This document shows, in pieces, positions 28,351 through 39,052 of a stretch of DNA of 64,000 bases. Position 1 is the first letter of the stretch, and the number at the start of each line of letters is the position of its first letter. Origin of the DNA: Dehalococcoidia bacterium (lineage in GTDB: Bacteria; Chloroflexota; Dehalococcoidia; Lucifugimonadales; UBA3495); NCBI GenBank assembly GCA_030740155.1, contig JASLXV010000085.1:1-64000 (forward strand), written 5' to 3'. The translations under genes and the position numbers were made by a program. Under the pieces are notes generated by a model that saw only the letters and a list, made by a program, of their open reading frames with translations, ran no database searches and was not told the origin of the DNA.

Positions 28351-29916
28351 GTGACAGCACGGAGAAAGTTGATCGACGGTAAGCTCGACGTTCTGGCAGC
28401 GATGCGCCAGGAGTCCAGCAAGGGTGGCGGCCAGAGGCGCATCGACCAGCAGCATGACCGGGGAAAGCTAACCGCGCGAGAGCGGCTGGCGCTGCTGATG
28501 GACGAAGGGTCGTTCCAGGAGATGGACGCCTTCGTGACCCACCGGACCACCGATTTCGGCCTCGCCGACCAAAAGTTTCTGGGCGACGCCGTCGTCACGG
28601 GACACGGCAAGGTGGAGGGCCGGCAGGTGTTCGCCTTCGCCCAAGACTTCACCGTTTTCGGCGGCTCCCTCTCCGAAGTGGTGAGCCAAAAGATCTGCAA
28701 GGTGATGGACCTGGCGGCCAAGACTGGGTGCCCGGTTGTCGGCGTCGCCGACTCGGGGGGAGCCCGGATACAGGAAGGAGCCTTAAGCCTGGCCGCCTAC
28801 GGTGATATCTTCCTGCGAAATACTCTGTTCTCCGGTGTGGTGCCCCAGATCTCGGTGATCCTCGGCCCGGCGGCGGGGGGCGCCGTCTATTCCCCGGCAA
28901 TAACCGACTTTATCTTCATGGTGAAGGGCACGGGTCAGATGTACATCACGGGCCCCGATGTGATCAAGGCGGTTACCGGCGAGGAAGTCACCCACGAGGA
29001 ACTCGGTGGGGCGGTCAGCCATGCCACCCGCAGTGGGGTCGCCCACTTCATCTACGAAAGTGAGGAAGAGTGTTTGGCCGAGGTGCGGCGCTTGTTGGGC
29101 TACCTGCCTTCCAACAACCTGGAGGACCCACCGGCGGCGGCCACCGGTGACTCGCCTACCCGTGTCGACCCCGACCTTCGATACATTGTGCCCGACGATT
29201 CAAACCGTGGCTACGACATGCGGGACATTATCTACCGGCTGGTGGATGATGAAGAGTTCATGGAGGTCCACCAGAACTTCGCCCCGAACGTGGTCGTGGG
29301 GTTTGGCCGAATAAACCGCCGGACGGTGGGCTTTGTGGGCAACCAGCCGGCGCACCTGGCCGGAGTGCTGGACATCGACGCCTCGACCAAGGCCGCCCGG
29401 TTCGTCCGGTTCTGCGACTGCTTCAATATTCCCCTGGTTACCCTGGTGGACGTGCCCGGCTTCATGCCTGGGGTGGAGCAGGAGTACGGCGGGATTATCC
29501 GCCACGGGGCCAAGCTGATCTTCGCCTACGCCGAGGCCACCGTTCCCAAGGTCGCGGTCATCACCCGCAAGGCCTACGGCGGGGCCTACATCGTGATGAG
29601 CAGCAAGCACCTGCGGTCCGACATGAACCTGGCCTGGCCCTCGGCGGAACTAGCGGTGATGGGCGCCGATGGCGCGGTTAACATAATCTATCGAGAGCAG
29701 ATCGCCGAAGCTAAGAAACCTCAAAAGGTGAGAGATAACCTGATCGCCGAGTACCAGGAGAAATTCACCAACCCGTACATCGCCGCCAACCGAGGCTTCT
29801 TGGACGACGTCATTGACCCGGCCGATACCCGAGCCCGGATTATCACAGCCCTCCAGATGCTCGAAAACAAGCGGGACAGCCTCCCATCCAAGAAGCACGG
29901 CAACATCCCACTGTAG
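28351..29916 (+). CDS. acyl-CoA (propionyl/methylmalonyl-CoA) carboxyltransferase beta subunit
   Basis: [50 protein letters not shown]. Confidence 0.95.
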   Translation: MTARRKLIDGKLDVLAAMRQESSKGGGQRRIDQQHDRGKLTARERLALLMDEGSFQEMDAFVTHRTTDFGLADQKFLGDAVVTGHGKVEGRQVFAFAQDFTVFGGSLSEVVSQKICKVMDLAAKTGCPVVGVADSGGARIQEGALSLAAYGDIFLRNTLFSGVVPQISVILGPAAGGAVYSPAITDFIFMVKGTGQMYITGPDVIKAVTGEEVTHEELGGAVSHATRSGVAHFIYESEEECLAEVRRLLGYLPSNNLEDPPAAATGDSPTRVDPDLRYIVPDDSNRGYDMRDIIYRLVDDEEFMEVHQNFAPNVVVGFGRINRRTVGFVGNQPAHLAGVLDIDASTKAARFVRFCDCFNIPLVTLVDVPGFMPGVEQEYGGIIRHGAKLIFAYAEATVPKVAVITRKAYGGAYIVMSSKHLRSDMNLAWPSAELAVMGADGAVNIIYREQIAEAKKPQKVRDNLIAEYQEKFTNPYIAANRGFLDDVIDPADTRARIITALQMLENKRDSLPSKKHGNIPL

Positions 29917-29980
29917 CGGCCATCGGCCGGCAGCCGGCTTGCTGATCGCTGGATTCGGGAGCGGTCCGGGAAAGGGGCTC

Positions 29981-31336
29981 ATGACTTCATCCCAATCGTT
30001 GTTCGAGCATGAGGGCCGGCGCCGAGTCGAGCAGGAAGCCCCGCTGGCGGACCGGATGCGGCCCCGCACCTTCGAGGAATTCGTCGGCCAGGAGCATATC
30101 GTCGGGCTGGACCGGGTCCTCCGGCGGGCCATCGCCGCCGGGCGGGTGCCCTCCTTCATCCTGTGGGGGCCTCCCGGCAGCGGCAAGACCACCTTGGCCC
30201 GCCTGGTGGCCGGAGTCGCCGACGCCCACTTCGAGTCCGTCAGCGCCGTCACCTCCGGCGTAGCCGATCTTCGCCGAACGGCGGCCGAGGCCAGAGAGCG
30301 CCAGGGCATGTACGGCCGGCGGACCATACTATTCGTCGACGAGATTCACTGGTTCAACAAGTCCCAGCAGGACGTCATTCTGCCCCACGTGGAAGACGGC
30401 ACCGTGACCTTCATTGGCGCCACCACGGAAAACCCCTCGTTCGAAGTCATCGGGCCCCTGCTGTCCCGCTCCAGGGTCTTCACGTTGGAGACCCTGGCCC
30501 CTGAGCATGTCGACACCATCATCCGCCGGGCGCTTCCCGACGAAGAACGCGGGCTGGGGGTGCTGAAGGTGGAGCTGGAGGAGGCAGCCCGGGAGCACTT
30601 GGTTAACATGGCCGGCGGTGATGCCCGGGTGGCCCTGAATGCCCTGGAGACCGCGGCCCACGCCGCTGTGCCCGACGCCGGGGGCCGCCGCCGCATCGAC
30701 CTGGATGCCATCGCCGACGCCTTGCAGCGGCGCTCGCCGATGTACGACAAGGCGGGTGAAGGTCACTACGACACCATCTCGGCCTTTATCAAGTCGGTTC
30801 GCGGCTCGTCGCCCGACGGCGCCCTCTATTGGCTGGCCCGGATGATTCAGGCCGGAGAGGACCCGATGTTCATCGCTCGCCGCCTGGTGGTCCTGGCCGC
30901 GGAGGACATCGGCCTGGCCCGGCCGGCGGCCCTGACCGTGGCGGTGGCGGCCCAACAGGCGGTGCATTTTCTGGGGATGCCCGAGGGACGCATCCCCCTG
31001 GCCGAGGCCACGGTCTACCTGGCCACCGCACCCAAAAGCAACTCGGCCTACGTGGCCATTGACCGGGCGCTCCAAGACGCCAAAGAGCGCGCCAACGAGC
31101 CGGTGCCACTGCACCTGCGTAACGCCGTCACCGGACTGATGCGGCAGTTGGGGTACGGCCAGGACTACAAGTACTCCCACGACTACCCGGGGCACTTCGT
31201 GGAGCAGGAGTTTCTTCCCCCGGCCCTCAAAGACCGCCGGTACTACCGGCCGACCCAGGAAGGTTCGGAAAAGGAGATCGCCGAACGGATGAAAAGATGG
31301 TGGGGGGAAGACCGGGAGCCCGGCCAGAACGGGTAG
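29981..31336 (+). CDS. rarA: replication-associated recombination protein A
   Basis: PLADRMRP, WGPPGSGKTT, FVDEIH, GATTENPSF, HYDTISAFIKSVRGS, VPLHLRNA. Confidence 0.96.
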   Translation: MTSSQSLFEHEGRRRVEQEAPLADRMRPRTFEEFVGQEHIVGLDRVLRRAIAAGRVPSFILWGPPGSGKTTLARLVAGVADAHFESVSAVTSGVADLRRTAAEARERQGMYGRRTILFVDEIHWFNKSQQDVILPHVEDGTVTFIGATTENPSFEVIGPLLSRSRVFTLETLAPEHVDTIIRRALPDEERGLGVLKVELEEAAREHLVNMAGGDARVALNALETAAHAAVPDAGGRRRIDLDAIADALQRRSPMYDKAGEGHYDTISAFIKSVRGSSPDGALYWLARMIQAGEDPMFIARRLVVLAAEDIGLARPAALTVAVAAQQAVHFLGMPEGRIPLAEATVYLATAPKSNSAYVAIDRALQDAKERANEPVPLHLRNAVTGLMRQLGYGQDYKYSHDYPGHFVEQEFLPPALKDRRYYRPTQEGSEKEIAERMKRWWGEDREPGQNG

Positions 31337-31804
31337 GGGCGGCTCGCGGTCCGGCCCCATGAGCCGATCCGGACCTGCCGCAGCTCAAGATGAATCACGG
31401 CGTCGTGTAGACGTCAATCTTCTGTTCCACGTCCAAATCCAGCTGCCCCCGCCGGTCCAGGATCCCCTTGACGCGCCAGACCACCAGGGTATCGTGGATT
31501 TCCGTGCCGGGCCGCAGGTGACGGGCGGCTCTAAACCGCTGAAGCCACGGGAGAAACCCGCCCTCCAGCGCTCAATGCCGGTCTTTCGGGCAGCATAGCA
31601 AAAGGAAGCCGGGATGGGAATCGGCGGCAGGGGGGCCCGAGTACAGGAGGCCAGGACCGGCGTACAAACAGGAGCCGCCTCGACGACTCGCCGAGGCGGC
31701 ATATTGCGAGAACGCCAGCACCAACGCCGGTCCGGCGAGAGCAAGGGACAGGCGAAACCGTCAGGCAGCCAGAAGGTTTCGCCGTAAGACTCGCGGAGTT
31801 TGGG

Positions 31805-32482
31805 TCAGCTGTGCGCCAGTTCCATGGCCGGGCCGGTTTCAACCATCTTCCCGGTGACCAGGAAGATAACCCGTTCGGCGATGTTGGTCGCCCGGTCGGC
31901 GATGCGTTCCAGGTCGTGAGCCACCCAGAGCAGGTAGGTGGCCCGCTGTATGGTCTCTGGGTCTTCCCTCATGAGTATCAGCAAGTCCTGGTGGACCCGA
32001 TCGTACAGTTCATCCACCTGATCGTCGGCCTGGCACACGTGGTGGGCCTTGACGATGTCCCGGTCGAGCAGGGCATCCATGCTGTCGCGCAACATCTGGG
32101 TGGATTTTTCCGCCATGAGCGGAATGTCGATGAGCGGCTTGACCGGTGGGGCGCCCCCCATCAACAGGCTTATCTTGGCGATGCCCTCGGCGTAATCCCC
32201 CATCCGTTCCAGCTCCACCACAATGTGAAGCAAAGAGATTATGGTCCTCAGGTCCCGGGCCATGGGCTGCTGGGTGGCGATCAGGTCGATACACCGGTCT
32301 TCGACCTCGAAGCGTTTCTGGTCGATGTAGTCGTCCTGCTCGACCACCTGCCTTGAAGCGTCCATGTCCCGCCGCTTCAAGGCATCCACCGCCTGGTGAA
32401 TGGCCTTTTCCACGATCCCGGACAGGACGACCACGTCCTGTTGGAGTGAGCTAAGCTGGTGGTCCAAGTCTACCCTGGCCAT
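31805..32482 (-). CDS. phoU: phosphate signalling protein PhoU
   Basis: IATQQPMARDLR, ELERMGDYA, DDQVD, LERIADRATNIAE. Confidence 0.96.
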   Translation of the reverse strand: MARVDLDHQLSSLQQDVVVLSGIVEKAIHQAVDALKRRDMDASRQVVEQDDYIDQKRFEVEDRCIDLIATQQPMARDLRTIISLLHIVVELERMGDYAEGIAKISLLMGGAPPVKPLIDIPLMAEKSTQMLRDSMDALLDRDIVKAHHVCQADDQVDELYDRVHQDLLILMREDPETIQRATYLLWVAHDLERIADRATNIAERVIFLVTGKMVETGPAMELAHS

Positions 32483-33203
32483 AATCCCCCCTTCCTCCCG
32501 AGGAACATTCGCATATATCTCGAGTGTGCTCTGGAGCATTCACCGGCGCGCTTCCACTGGCTGGCTCGGCGCCTCGAATGCACCCCTGGTGTGCGCCGCG
32601 ATGAGATGAGCCGGATTCTACAACGGGGCGGGCCTCGATCCCCCCGCGTTCAGATTTACCGCAACCATCTTGAAATCGGTCTTCGATCGTGGAGTGATCC
32701 GGGAAAGCCCTTCAGTTGCGCTTGGTGGGATGCTTTCGGACACCCGGATCTACTTCTTCGTTTCCGAGGCAGTGATCGGGTGATCTGTTGACTGGCCCAT
32801 ATCTAATATCGGCATTCCCGCCCCGATACAAACCTTTGCCGCCGCGATATCCAGCACCCACCGGCCCGTGGGACGCGCCATTGCAGTTTCTGAGCTGGAT
32901 CCTTAACTGCGGCGCTCGGTCGCCTCGATCGCACCTGTAGGCGTCCTCCGCACCCCGATGTCACCTCGTGCCCCACACTTACCACACCATCAACTCCGCT
33001 GTACAGGCGGACCGGCGCGCAGCGCCTGGTAAAGGCGCAATTATTGCATATATTGGTGAAGATGCCTAAAAGTGCATAACGCAAAGAGCCAGTTGATGCA
33101 GCCAGTTAGGAAGCCCGAGTGGCCCCGCGGCACATAGCCTTTCGGGGCCGGCCGGCCTTTGCCTGATTACCGCCACACCGAGAAGCGAAGCGACGAAGGG
33201 TTC

Positions 33204-33287
33204 GCCACGGAGGCACAGAGGCACAGAGACGCAGATCAATCAAGTCCTATCAATCTCCGGCCCTCCGTACCTCTGTGCCTCTGTGGC
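33204..33287. repeat. palindromic repeat family A, copy 3
   Basis: gccacggaggcacagaggcacagag ... ctccgtacctctgtgcctctgtggc. Confidence 0.88.
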
Positions 33288-33542
33288 TAATTCACTTCCG
33301 GGCAGCTGATTGGGCAGGCGCCGCCAGGAACAGCCTTGCTTCAAATAGGCGTCAACGGTGTGGAGCGCTGACCGGGCTTGCGCAAGACGCTTCGTTCCGC
33401 GCGAAGAGAGAGATCTCCTGGATGCGATTGACAGGCAAGGCGGCCGGGTATAGGGTCTGACACGGGCTTGACCCCGTGGCCAGAGGCCCTCGGGTTGGGC
33501 GCCGGACTGACCAAAATGGAGAGATTCGGAGGGAGCACCCCC

Positions 33543-34403
33543 ATGAAAGCCCAACGGTTTGAAAGCAACCCAATCATCAGTCTTGAATCGGGCGACGACC
33601 TTGGAGGAAACATCAACGGGCCCTCGCTCATCCTGGCCCCCTCTTGGCTGGAGAACCCGCTCGGCAAGTATTACCTCTACTTTGCCCACCACAAGGGCTC
33701 CTACATCCGCCTCGCTTATGCCGACGACCTGAAAGGCCCTTGGCGGGTCCATGAACCGGGAACGCTGCGTCTCGAGGACTCTCACTGTTACAACCATATC
33801 GCCTCTCCCGACGTTCATGTGGACAATGAGAAGCGCGAGATACGCATGTACTACCACGGGTGGGTGGCGGAGCGTGACCAGAAATCCAAGGTTGCCCTCT
33901 CCAAGGACGGCATCGCTTTTACCGCGTTCCCGGAGGTCCTCGGCGAGCCGTATCTCAGGGTCTTCAACTGGGGCGGGTACCACTACGCGCTGGGAATGCC
34001 CGGCGTGTTCTACCGGTCGAAAGACGGGCTAACCGGGTTCGAGGAGGGACCGACTCTCTTCACTGAGGATATGCGGCACGCGGCGTTCCGCTTGGAAGGC
34101 GACACCCTCGAGGTCTATTATTCGAACGCGTTCGATTGTCCCGAGCAGATTCTCCTGGCGACCATTGATCTGACGCCGGACTGGGCGGAGTGGAAGGAAT
34201 CCCCTCCGGTCACCGTACTGGAGCCGGAGACGGAGTACGAGGGCGCCGGGATGCCGTTGGAGCCGTCGGCCCGGGGATTGATCATGGGGAAGGTGCGCCA
34301 GGTCCGGGACCCGGGGATATTCCGTGAAGGGAATGACTCTTACTTGCTGTACTCGGTGGCCGGAGAGTACGGGCTCGCCATCGCGAAGCTGCTCCCTGCC
34401 TAG
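33543..34403 (+). CDS. five-bladed beta-propeller glycoside-hydrolase-like protein
   Basis: NINGPSLI, YYLYFAHHKG.YIRLAYAD, HIASPDV, MRH, RDPGIF, YLLYSVAGE. Confidence 0.8.
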   Translation: MKAQRFESNPIISLESGDDLGGNINGPSLILAPSWLENPLGKYYLYFAHHKGSYIRLAYADDLKGPWRVHEPGTLRLEDSHCYNHIASPDVHVDNEKREIRMYYHGWVAERDQKSKVALSKDGIAFTAFPEVLGEPYLRVFNWGGYHYALGMPGVFYRSKDGLTGFEEGPTLFTEDMRHAAFRLEGDTLEVYYSNAFDCPEQILLATIDLTPDWAEWKESPPVTVLEPETEYEGAGMPLEPSARGLIMGKVRQVRDPGIFREGNDSYLLYSVAGEYGLAIAKLLPA

Positions 34404-34440
34404 CCTGGGCGGCCGTGGATCAGTTCTCGCTCCCCCGGCC

Positions 34441-35523
34441 CTAACCCTCTGCCGCCTTCAGCACCATCTTTTCGTCCAGCTCCACGCCCAGGCCGGGGCC
34501 TGAGGGCACTTCCAAGTAACTGCCCTTGACCTCCAGCGGCGTTTTGAGGATTGGCCACTTGTCGCGAATGGAGATGGGTTCGATGTTGTACTCTTGGGCG
34601 TAGGGGATTTGCGGGTAGGCGGCGCAGACGTGTAGATGCGCCACCGCGCTGATTGTCGGCTGGGTGTTATGGATAGTGATGGGCTTGCCGAAGGACGAAG
34701 CCAACGCCGCGATCCTCTGAAACTCGGTAAAGCCGGGTACCTTGACGATGTCTGGCTGGATGATGTCCACGCGCCCCTGGAGGATCAGGTCCCGGTACTG
34801 CCAGTGGGTGAAGATCATCTCCCCGGATGCGATGGGAATGTCCAGGGCATCGGCGACGGTGGCCAGCCCCTCCAGGTCGTAGAAGGGACGCGGCTCCTCG
34901 AAGTGGAAAACCCCCAGTTGCTCCAGGGCCCGGCCGATGCTGATGGCGTGGTGGGTGGAGAAAGCGCCGTTCACGTCCACCAGGATCTCGATCCCGTCGC
35001 CTACGGCGGCCCGCACCTCCCGCACCGTGTCTATGGTTTGGTCGGCGGGGTCGTCGATGGATCCTGGGACCGCGCTGTGGAGCTTGTACCCGGTATACCC
35101 GGCGTCGACAAAGGAGGCCGCCCGGCGGGCCTCTTCAACGGGGGTCATATCCCGGCGCATGGAGCTGGCATACATTCTTACACTGTCCCGCACCTTGCCG
35201 CCCAGCAGCTGATAAATGGGAAGGCCCAGGGCCTTGCCTTTGAGGTCCCAAATGGCGATGTCCAGCCCGGCAATGGCGCAGAAGATCGCGCCCCCCATCT
35301 CCACCGCCGATCCGGCCCGGACCATATCCCTCCAGCGCAACTCGGTGTCGAGCGGGTCTTTGCCCTGTAACACCGGTTTGAAGATGCGGTCCACCTGCAT
35401 CTTGATGAGATCAGGCTGGCGCCGGAAACACTCCCCGATCCCCACCAGACCCTCGTCGGTGTAGATTCGGACGAGGGGGAATTGCCGGTCCAACACCAGG
35501 CACTCTACATCGGTGATCTTCAT
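34441..35523 (-). CDS. mandelate racemase/muconate lactonizing enzyme family protein
   Basis: GIGE, AGLDIAIWDLKGK, VDVN, FEEP, ASGE, IIQPD, PSGPGLGV. Confidence 0.93.
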   Translation of the reverse strand: MKITDVECLVLDRQFPLVRIYTDEGLVGIGECFRRQPDLIKMQVDRIFKPVLQGKDPLDTELRWRDMVRAGSAVEMGGAIFCAIAGLDIAIWDLKGKALGLPIYQLLGGKVRDSVRMYASSMRRDMTPVEEARRAASFVDAGYTGYKLHSAVPGSIDDPADQTIDTVREVRAAVGDGIEILVDVNGAFSTHHAISIGRALEQLGVFHFEEPRPFYDLEGLATVADALDIPIASGEMIFTHWQYRDLILQGRVDIIQPDIVKVPGFTEFQRIAALASSFGKPITIHNTQPTISAVAHLHVCAAYPQIPYAQEYNIEPISIRDKWPILKTPLEVKGSYLEVPSGPGLGVELDEKMVLKAAEG

Positions 35524-35639
35524 CCTCTTCTTCTCCTCATCTCCGGGGCGCCGGCCTAATGGCGCCGCCTGGCCCGTCGCCGAACCGGCGATCGTGATGG
35601 CAGGCCTCACCGCAGGTTCGAACGCCTCTCCCCGGCTGC

Positions 35640-36677
35640 CTAGGCCGGGTCCCGCCACGGCGACGGTACCTGGCGGTAGGTCCCCGGCATCTGCTCGGCC
35701 ACCAGCAGCCGGAGGGGCTCGTTACCCGGGTTGGCCAGGCTATGGCGGGCCCCGGACGGAACAAAGACCAGGTCTCCGGTTCCCATCTCCAGGGTCGTGT
35801 CTTCAACGGTCTGCAGGCCCGTCCCGTTCAGGCAGTAGCGCACGGACTCGCCATGGCTGTGACTGGTAGAGTCCTGGTAATGCGCCGGTACTACCCGAAT
35901 AGAAACTTGGAGGGTGAAGATGTTGAACCCCAGCTCCGGCGCCACCAGGGGGACCGGCTGAGAGGCGGCGTTCACTTCCCAAGGGATATCACGCCAGTGT
36001 ACGACGTAGCGAGTCTGCTGCCGCCGCCGGTTGAACTCATCGTCCAAGACCCCCAGCTGATGAAGGAAATGCTGTCGGCGTGAGTACAGGGTCGCGGAGT
36101 CCATCGCGGCCGGGTCTTCCTCCGCCGCCGAAGCCAGGAAGCTAGCCAAGCTGCTGCCGCCGAGGTCTGAGGCATGATACTGCCAGGGCGCGGGAACCGG
36201 GAGGTGAGTACCCGGCAACTGGTGGAAGGCGATGAACACCATGGGCTCCTGACCGGTGTTCTCCGTCCCATGCCAGATGTTGGCCGGGATGAAGGCCAGG
36301 TCCCCCGCCTCCACCTGGTACTCCTCTTGCCCGATGATCTCCTTTCCCTTGCCGTGAAGGTAATACTTTACCGCGTCCCCGTGGGTATGATATGCGCCCT
36401 CCACGCCACCACCGCCGATCTCCCGCTGGAAAACCCGAAAGGTGTGGATGTTGAAACCCAGCTTCGGAGAGATGATGCGGGCCAGGCGGTGCCCTTCCTG
36501 CTGAGTCGGGTGTACCGCCGAGGCGGATTCCCACCGGATGTCGGCTGCTCGGGCCAGCAGCCGGTTCTCCCGGCGTCTCCGATCGAACTCCTCTTCGATG
36601 CGGCCAAACCGTTGGAGGATCGAGTCGCGTCTCTGGGCCAATTGGTCCGGACTCAGGGCATCCAATTCATCTGGCAT
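35640..36677 (-). CDS. bicupin protein (internal tandem duplication)
   Basis: two HxH...H cupin units: HTHGDAV...WHGTEN and HSHGESV...RHSLAN. Confidence 0.88.
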   Translation of the reverse strand: MPDELDALSPDQLAQRRDSILQRFGRIEEEFDRRRRENRLLARAADIRWESASAVHPTQQEGHRLARIISPKLGFNIHTFRVFQREIGGGGVEGAYHTHGDAVKYYLHGKGKEIIGQEEYQVEAGDLAFIPANIWHGTENTGQEPMVFIAFHQLPGTHLPVPAPWQYHASDLGGSSLASFLASAAEEDPAAMDSATLYSRRQHFLHQLGVLDDEFNRRRQQTRYVVHWRDIPWEVNAASQPVPLVAPELGFNIFTLQVSIRVVPAHYQDSTSHSHGESVRYCLNGTGLQTVEDTTLEMGTGDLVFVPSGARHSLANPGNEPLRLLVAEQMPGTYRQVPSPWRDPA

Positions 36678-36890
36678 CGGCACACTCCTTGGTCTAGAGT
36701 CAAGGCGTGGTTCGTGAAGACTGTTTCCAAAAAGTAGCACCTAAATTTGAAACTTGGATACGCGATTACCCCCGCTCTCCTTCTCCCAACGTGGCAATAC
36801 CGGAGCGCCGGGGCCGTTGCCGCTACCCGGCGGAATAGGTATACCAGGTACGATTCCCGAAAGCGGCGAGCCGCCCCCGATCCCCTTCAT

Positions 36891-37436
36891 TCAGGAGAGG
36901 GGCGGAAGCACGACGCCCGTCCCCGGCGGCAGGTCCCACGCTTCATCTTGCAGGCCGCGGATGAAGTCGATCTGGCCGTGGTGGTTGTTCTTGTGGGTCA
37001 CGAGATGACGCAGCGCCGAGGCCACCGTGTGCTCCGGCCGCGACGGGTCGGGCGCGATGTCGAGTCCGTCGGCGGTCAGCGTGGCGAGGTAATCCATGGT
37101 TTGCTGGTAAGCGGCCTTGGCGAAGTCCGTCAGGACCGAAAGATTCGGAATCGGCAGGCTTCTCAGTCCCATCCTATCGCCGGGGGCGGGCGCGTCCACC
37201 GGCTGGCCGAACTTCTTGTGCCAGCCCTCTGAAACCCAGAGCGCGGCTGGCCCGCCCCGGAGGGAGGAGGTCCGCCGGTCTTCTCCGCGGGCCACGTGCC
37301 ACAGGATCCACCCGATGTTGTTGGAGGTGGGGCCGGGACGCCAGAGAACCTGTTCTTGGGTCAGGCCCTCGCAGGTGGCGAGCAGGCGCAGTTGGACTTG
37401 CCTCAAGCTTTGGGTGATGAAGTTCACGGCATCCAT
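36891..37436 (-). CDS. DinB/YfiT-family protein
   Basis: NNIGWILWHVARGED, HKNNHHGQI. Confidence 0.9.
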   Translation of the reverse strand: MDAVNFITQSLRQVQLRLLATCEGLTQEQVLWRPGPTSNNIGWILWHVARGEDRRTSSLRGGPAALWVSEGWHKKFGQPVDAPAPGDRMGLRSLPIPNLSVLTDFAKAAYQQTMDYLATLTADGLDIAPDPSRPEHTVASALRHLVTHKNNHHGQIDFIRGLQDEAWDLPPGTGVVLPPLS

Positions 37437-37604
37437 GTCGGCCTCCACGGCGTTTTCTCGGTTCCCCGAGGATTTTCGCCTGCCACCCGAGAGGGCGGGT
37501 TCGGCGTGTTTGGCGCAATTGTAACCCCAAAGCGGCCCCAAGGGTATGCCTGGCGGGCGGGCCCGCCCCCCAGCCGGCTACCTTACTGCGCTCCGAGTCT
37601 GGGA

Positions 37605-38924
37605 TCATTCCCGGGAGAATGGGGCATCGCCGGTCCGGTTTTCGGTAAACCGGGCCGCCCACATGCACCCCACGGCCAGTAAGCCCAGCGAAATGGCCAG
37701 GGGAAAGGCCACCGTGTAGTCGCCCTGGGCGTCGAACAGAACACCTCCGATGACCGGGCCGGCCATGATGCCGATGCCCCGTCCCAGGTGCACCAGGCCC
37801 ATCACCGAACCAAGGGTTCCGGCCGGGAACAGGTCGGCGGCTTTGGCGCTCACCATCAGCCCTCCGATTCCGTCACTGAGCCCCAGCAGTCCGGCGAAAA
37901 GAATAATCGGCCATAAGCTCTGCCCATCTCCCAGCATGTAGATGGTCACCATGGCGAGGACGTGCATTCCTTGCCCGGCGGTGTAGATTGATTCACGGCC
38001 GGCATGGTCGGAGAGGGCTCCGGTGACCGGCCTGCCCACCAGCCCCACGAGTCCGGCGCTGGCTATCGCGGTGGCGGCGGTGAGCGGGCTGTACCCCGCC
38101 GCCAGCAGGAACGCGACCAGGTGGACCCGGATCAACTGGCGGCCCAGTGTGGCCAGTAGGCGAGTCAACACCAGGAACCATAGCGGAGGCCCCAGGAGAA
38201 CGGCTCGCCAGAGAGATGGACCGGAGGCTGGTGCGGGGCCGGCAACTCCGGCCGCGGCGGTGGAGGCGCCGGGAGTGATCACCGGCCCGGGCTCCGCGGT
38301 GGTGTGACTGCCGGGAGGGCGCCTCTGGAATAGGAAATTGGCCGGCGTAACCAACGTGAAAAACAGGATCCCCAGGACCCAAAAGGCGTCCTTCCAGCCG
38401 ATTGCGGAGATGAGCAGCTGGGCCACCGGCAGGAAGACCAGTGAGCCCAACGGGTTGCCCGCGTCGGCCAACCCGAGAATGCGGCCTCGGGCGTTGGGAA
38501 ACCATGGAGCCAGGTTGGCGGTGGTGGTAAACGAAGAGACCATGCTTTCGCCCAGGGTCGCGAGCACGCTGTAGAAGATCAGCAGGTGCCACAGCTCGGT
38601 CCCGAAACTGCTGGAGAGGTAGCCTGCCAGTATGAGGACCCCGCCGGCGGCGAAAAAGTAGCGAGGCCCCAGCCGGTCCAGGAGGGCGCCCAAGGCCGGA
38701 GCGCCAAGGCCGCTGACCAGACCGGCCACGGAAAATATGCTCGAAGTGGTGGTGGCGCTCCATTGGAAGCTGTCCCGCAGGGCCACGTAAATCACGGGTA
38801 CGGTATTCTTGATCCCGCCTTCCACGAAAAGGTTCGAAAAGCTCAGCCCGAATATTGCCCACCCGTAGTGGCGACTAACCGTGGTTGTGTCCGCGCGACT
38901 CTCCAACAGACGAAACCGCCTCAT
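37605..38924 (-). CDS. MFS transporter
   Basis: about 12 hydrophobic segments; GALLDRLGPR and GALSDHAGRE motif A; start uncertain. Confidence 0.9.
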   Translation of the reverse strand: MRRFRLLESRADTTTVSRHYGWAIFGLSFSNLFVEGGIKNTVPVIYVALRDSFQWSATTTSSIFSVAGLVSGLGAPALGALLDRLGPRYFFAAGGVLILAGYLSSSFGTELWHLLIFYSVLATLGESMVSSFTTTANLAPWFPNARGRILGLADAGNPLGSLVFLPVAQLLISAIGWKDAFWVLGILFFTLVTPANFLFQRRPPGSHTTAEPGPVITPGASTAAAGVAGPAPASGPSLWRAVLLGPPLWFLVLTRLLATLGRQLIRVHLVAFLLAAGYSPLTAATAIASAGLVGLVGRPVTGALSDHAGRESIYTAGQGMHVLAMVTIYMLGDGQSLWPIILFAGLLGLSDGIGGLMVSAKAADLFPAGTLGSVMGLVHLGRGIGIMAGPVIGGVLFDAQGDYTVAFPLAISLGLLAVGCMWAARFTENRTGDAPFSRE

Positions 38925-39052
38925 CTCCGGTTATGGGTGTGTTTCAACAGAAGGACTGGCCTTCGCCGGTTCCGGTGTGCCCCCAAGAAGCTCCATCGGC
39001 GCCAATCGGCCAAGGGGTTGGAACTGCCCGCGGCAAGCCTCTGGGGCTGGTG

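Noticed and set aside
31395..31571. Start-less minus-strand frame ALEGGFLPWLQRF...QKIDVYTTP with coding-like codon usage
   Set aside because: No convincing start or recognisable family; possibly a remnant but unsupported.
31805..32482. phoU without a pst operon as a special system
   Set aside because: Stand-alone phoU paralogs are common.
32540..33200. Long intergenic region upstream of phoU as ncRNA or small gene
   Set aside because: No recognisable RNA motif, Pho box or convincing ORF by eye; unresolved without a search.
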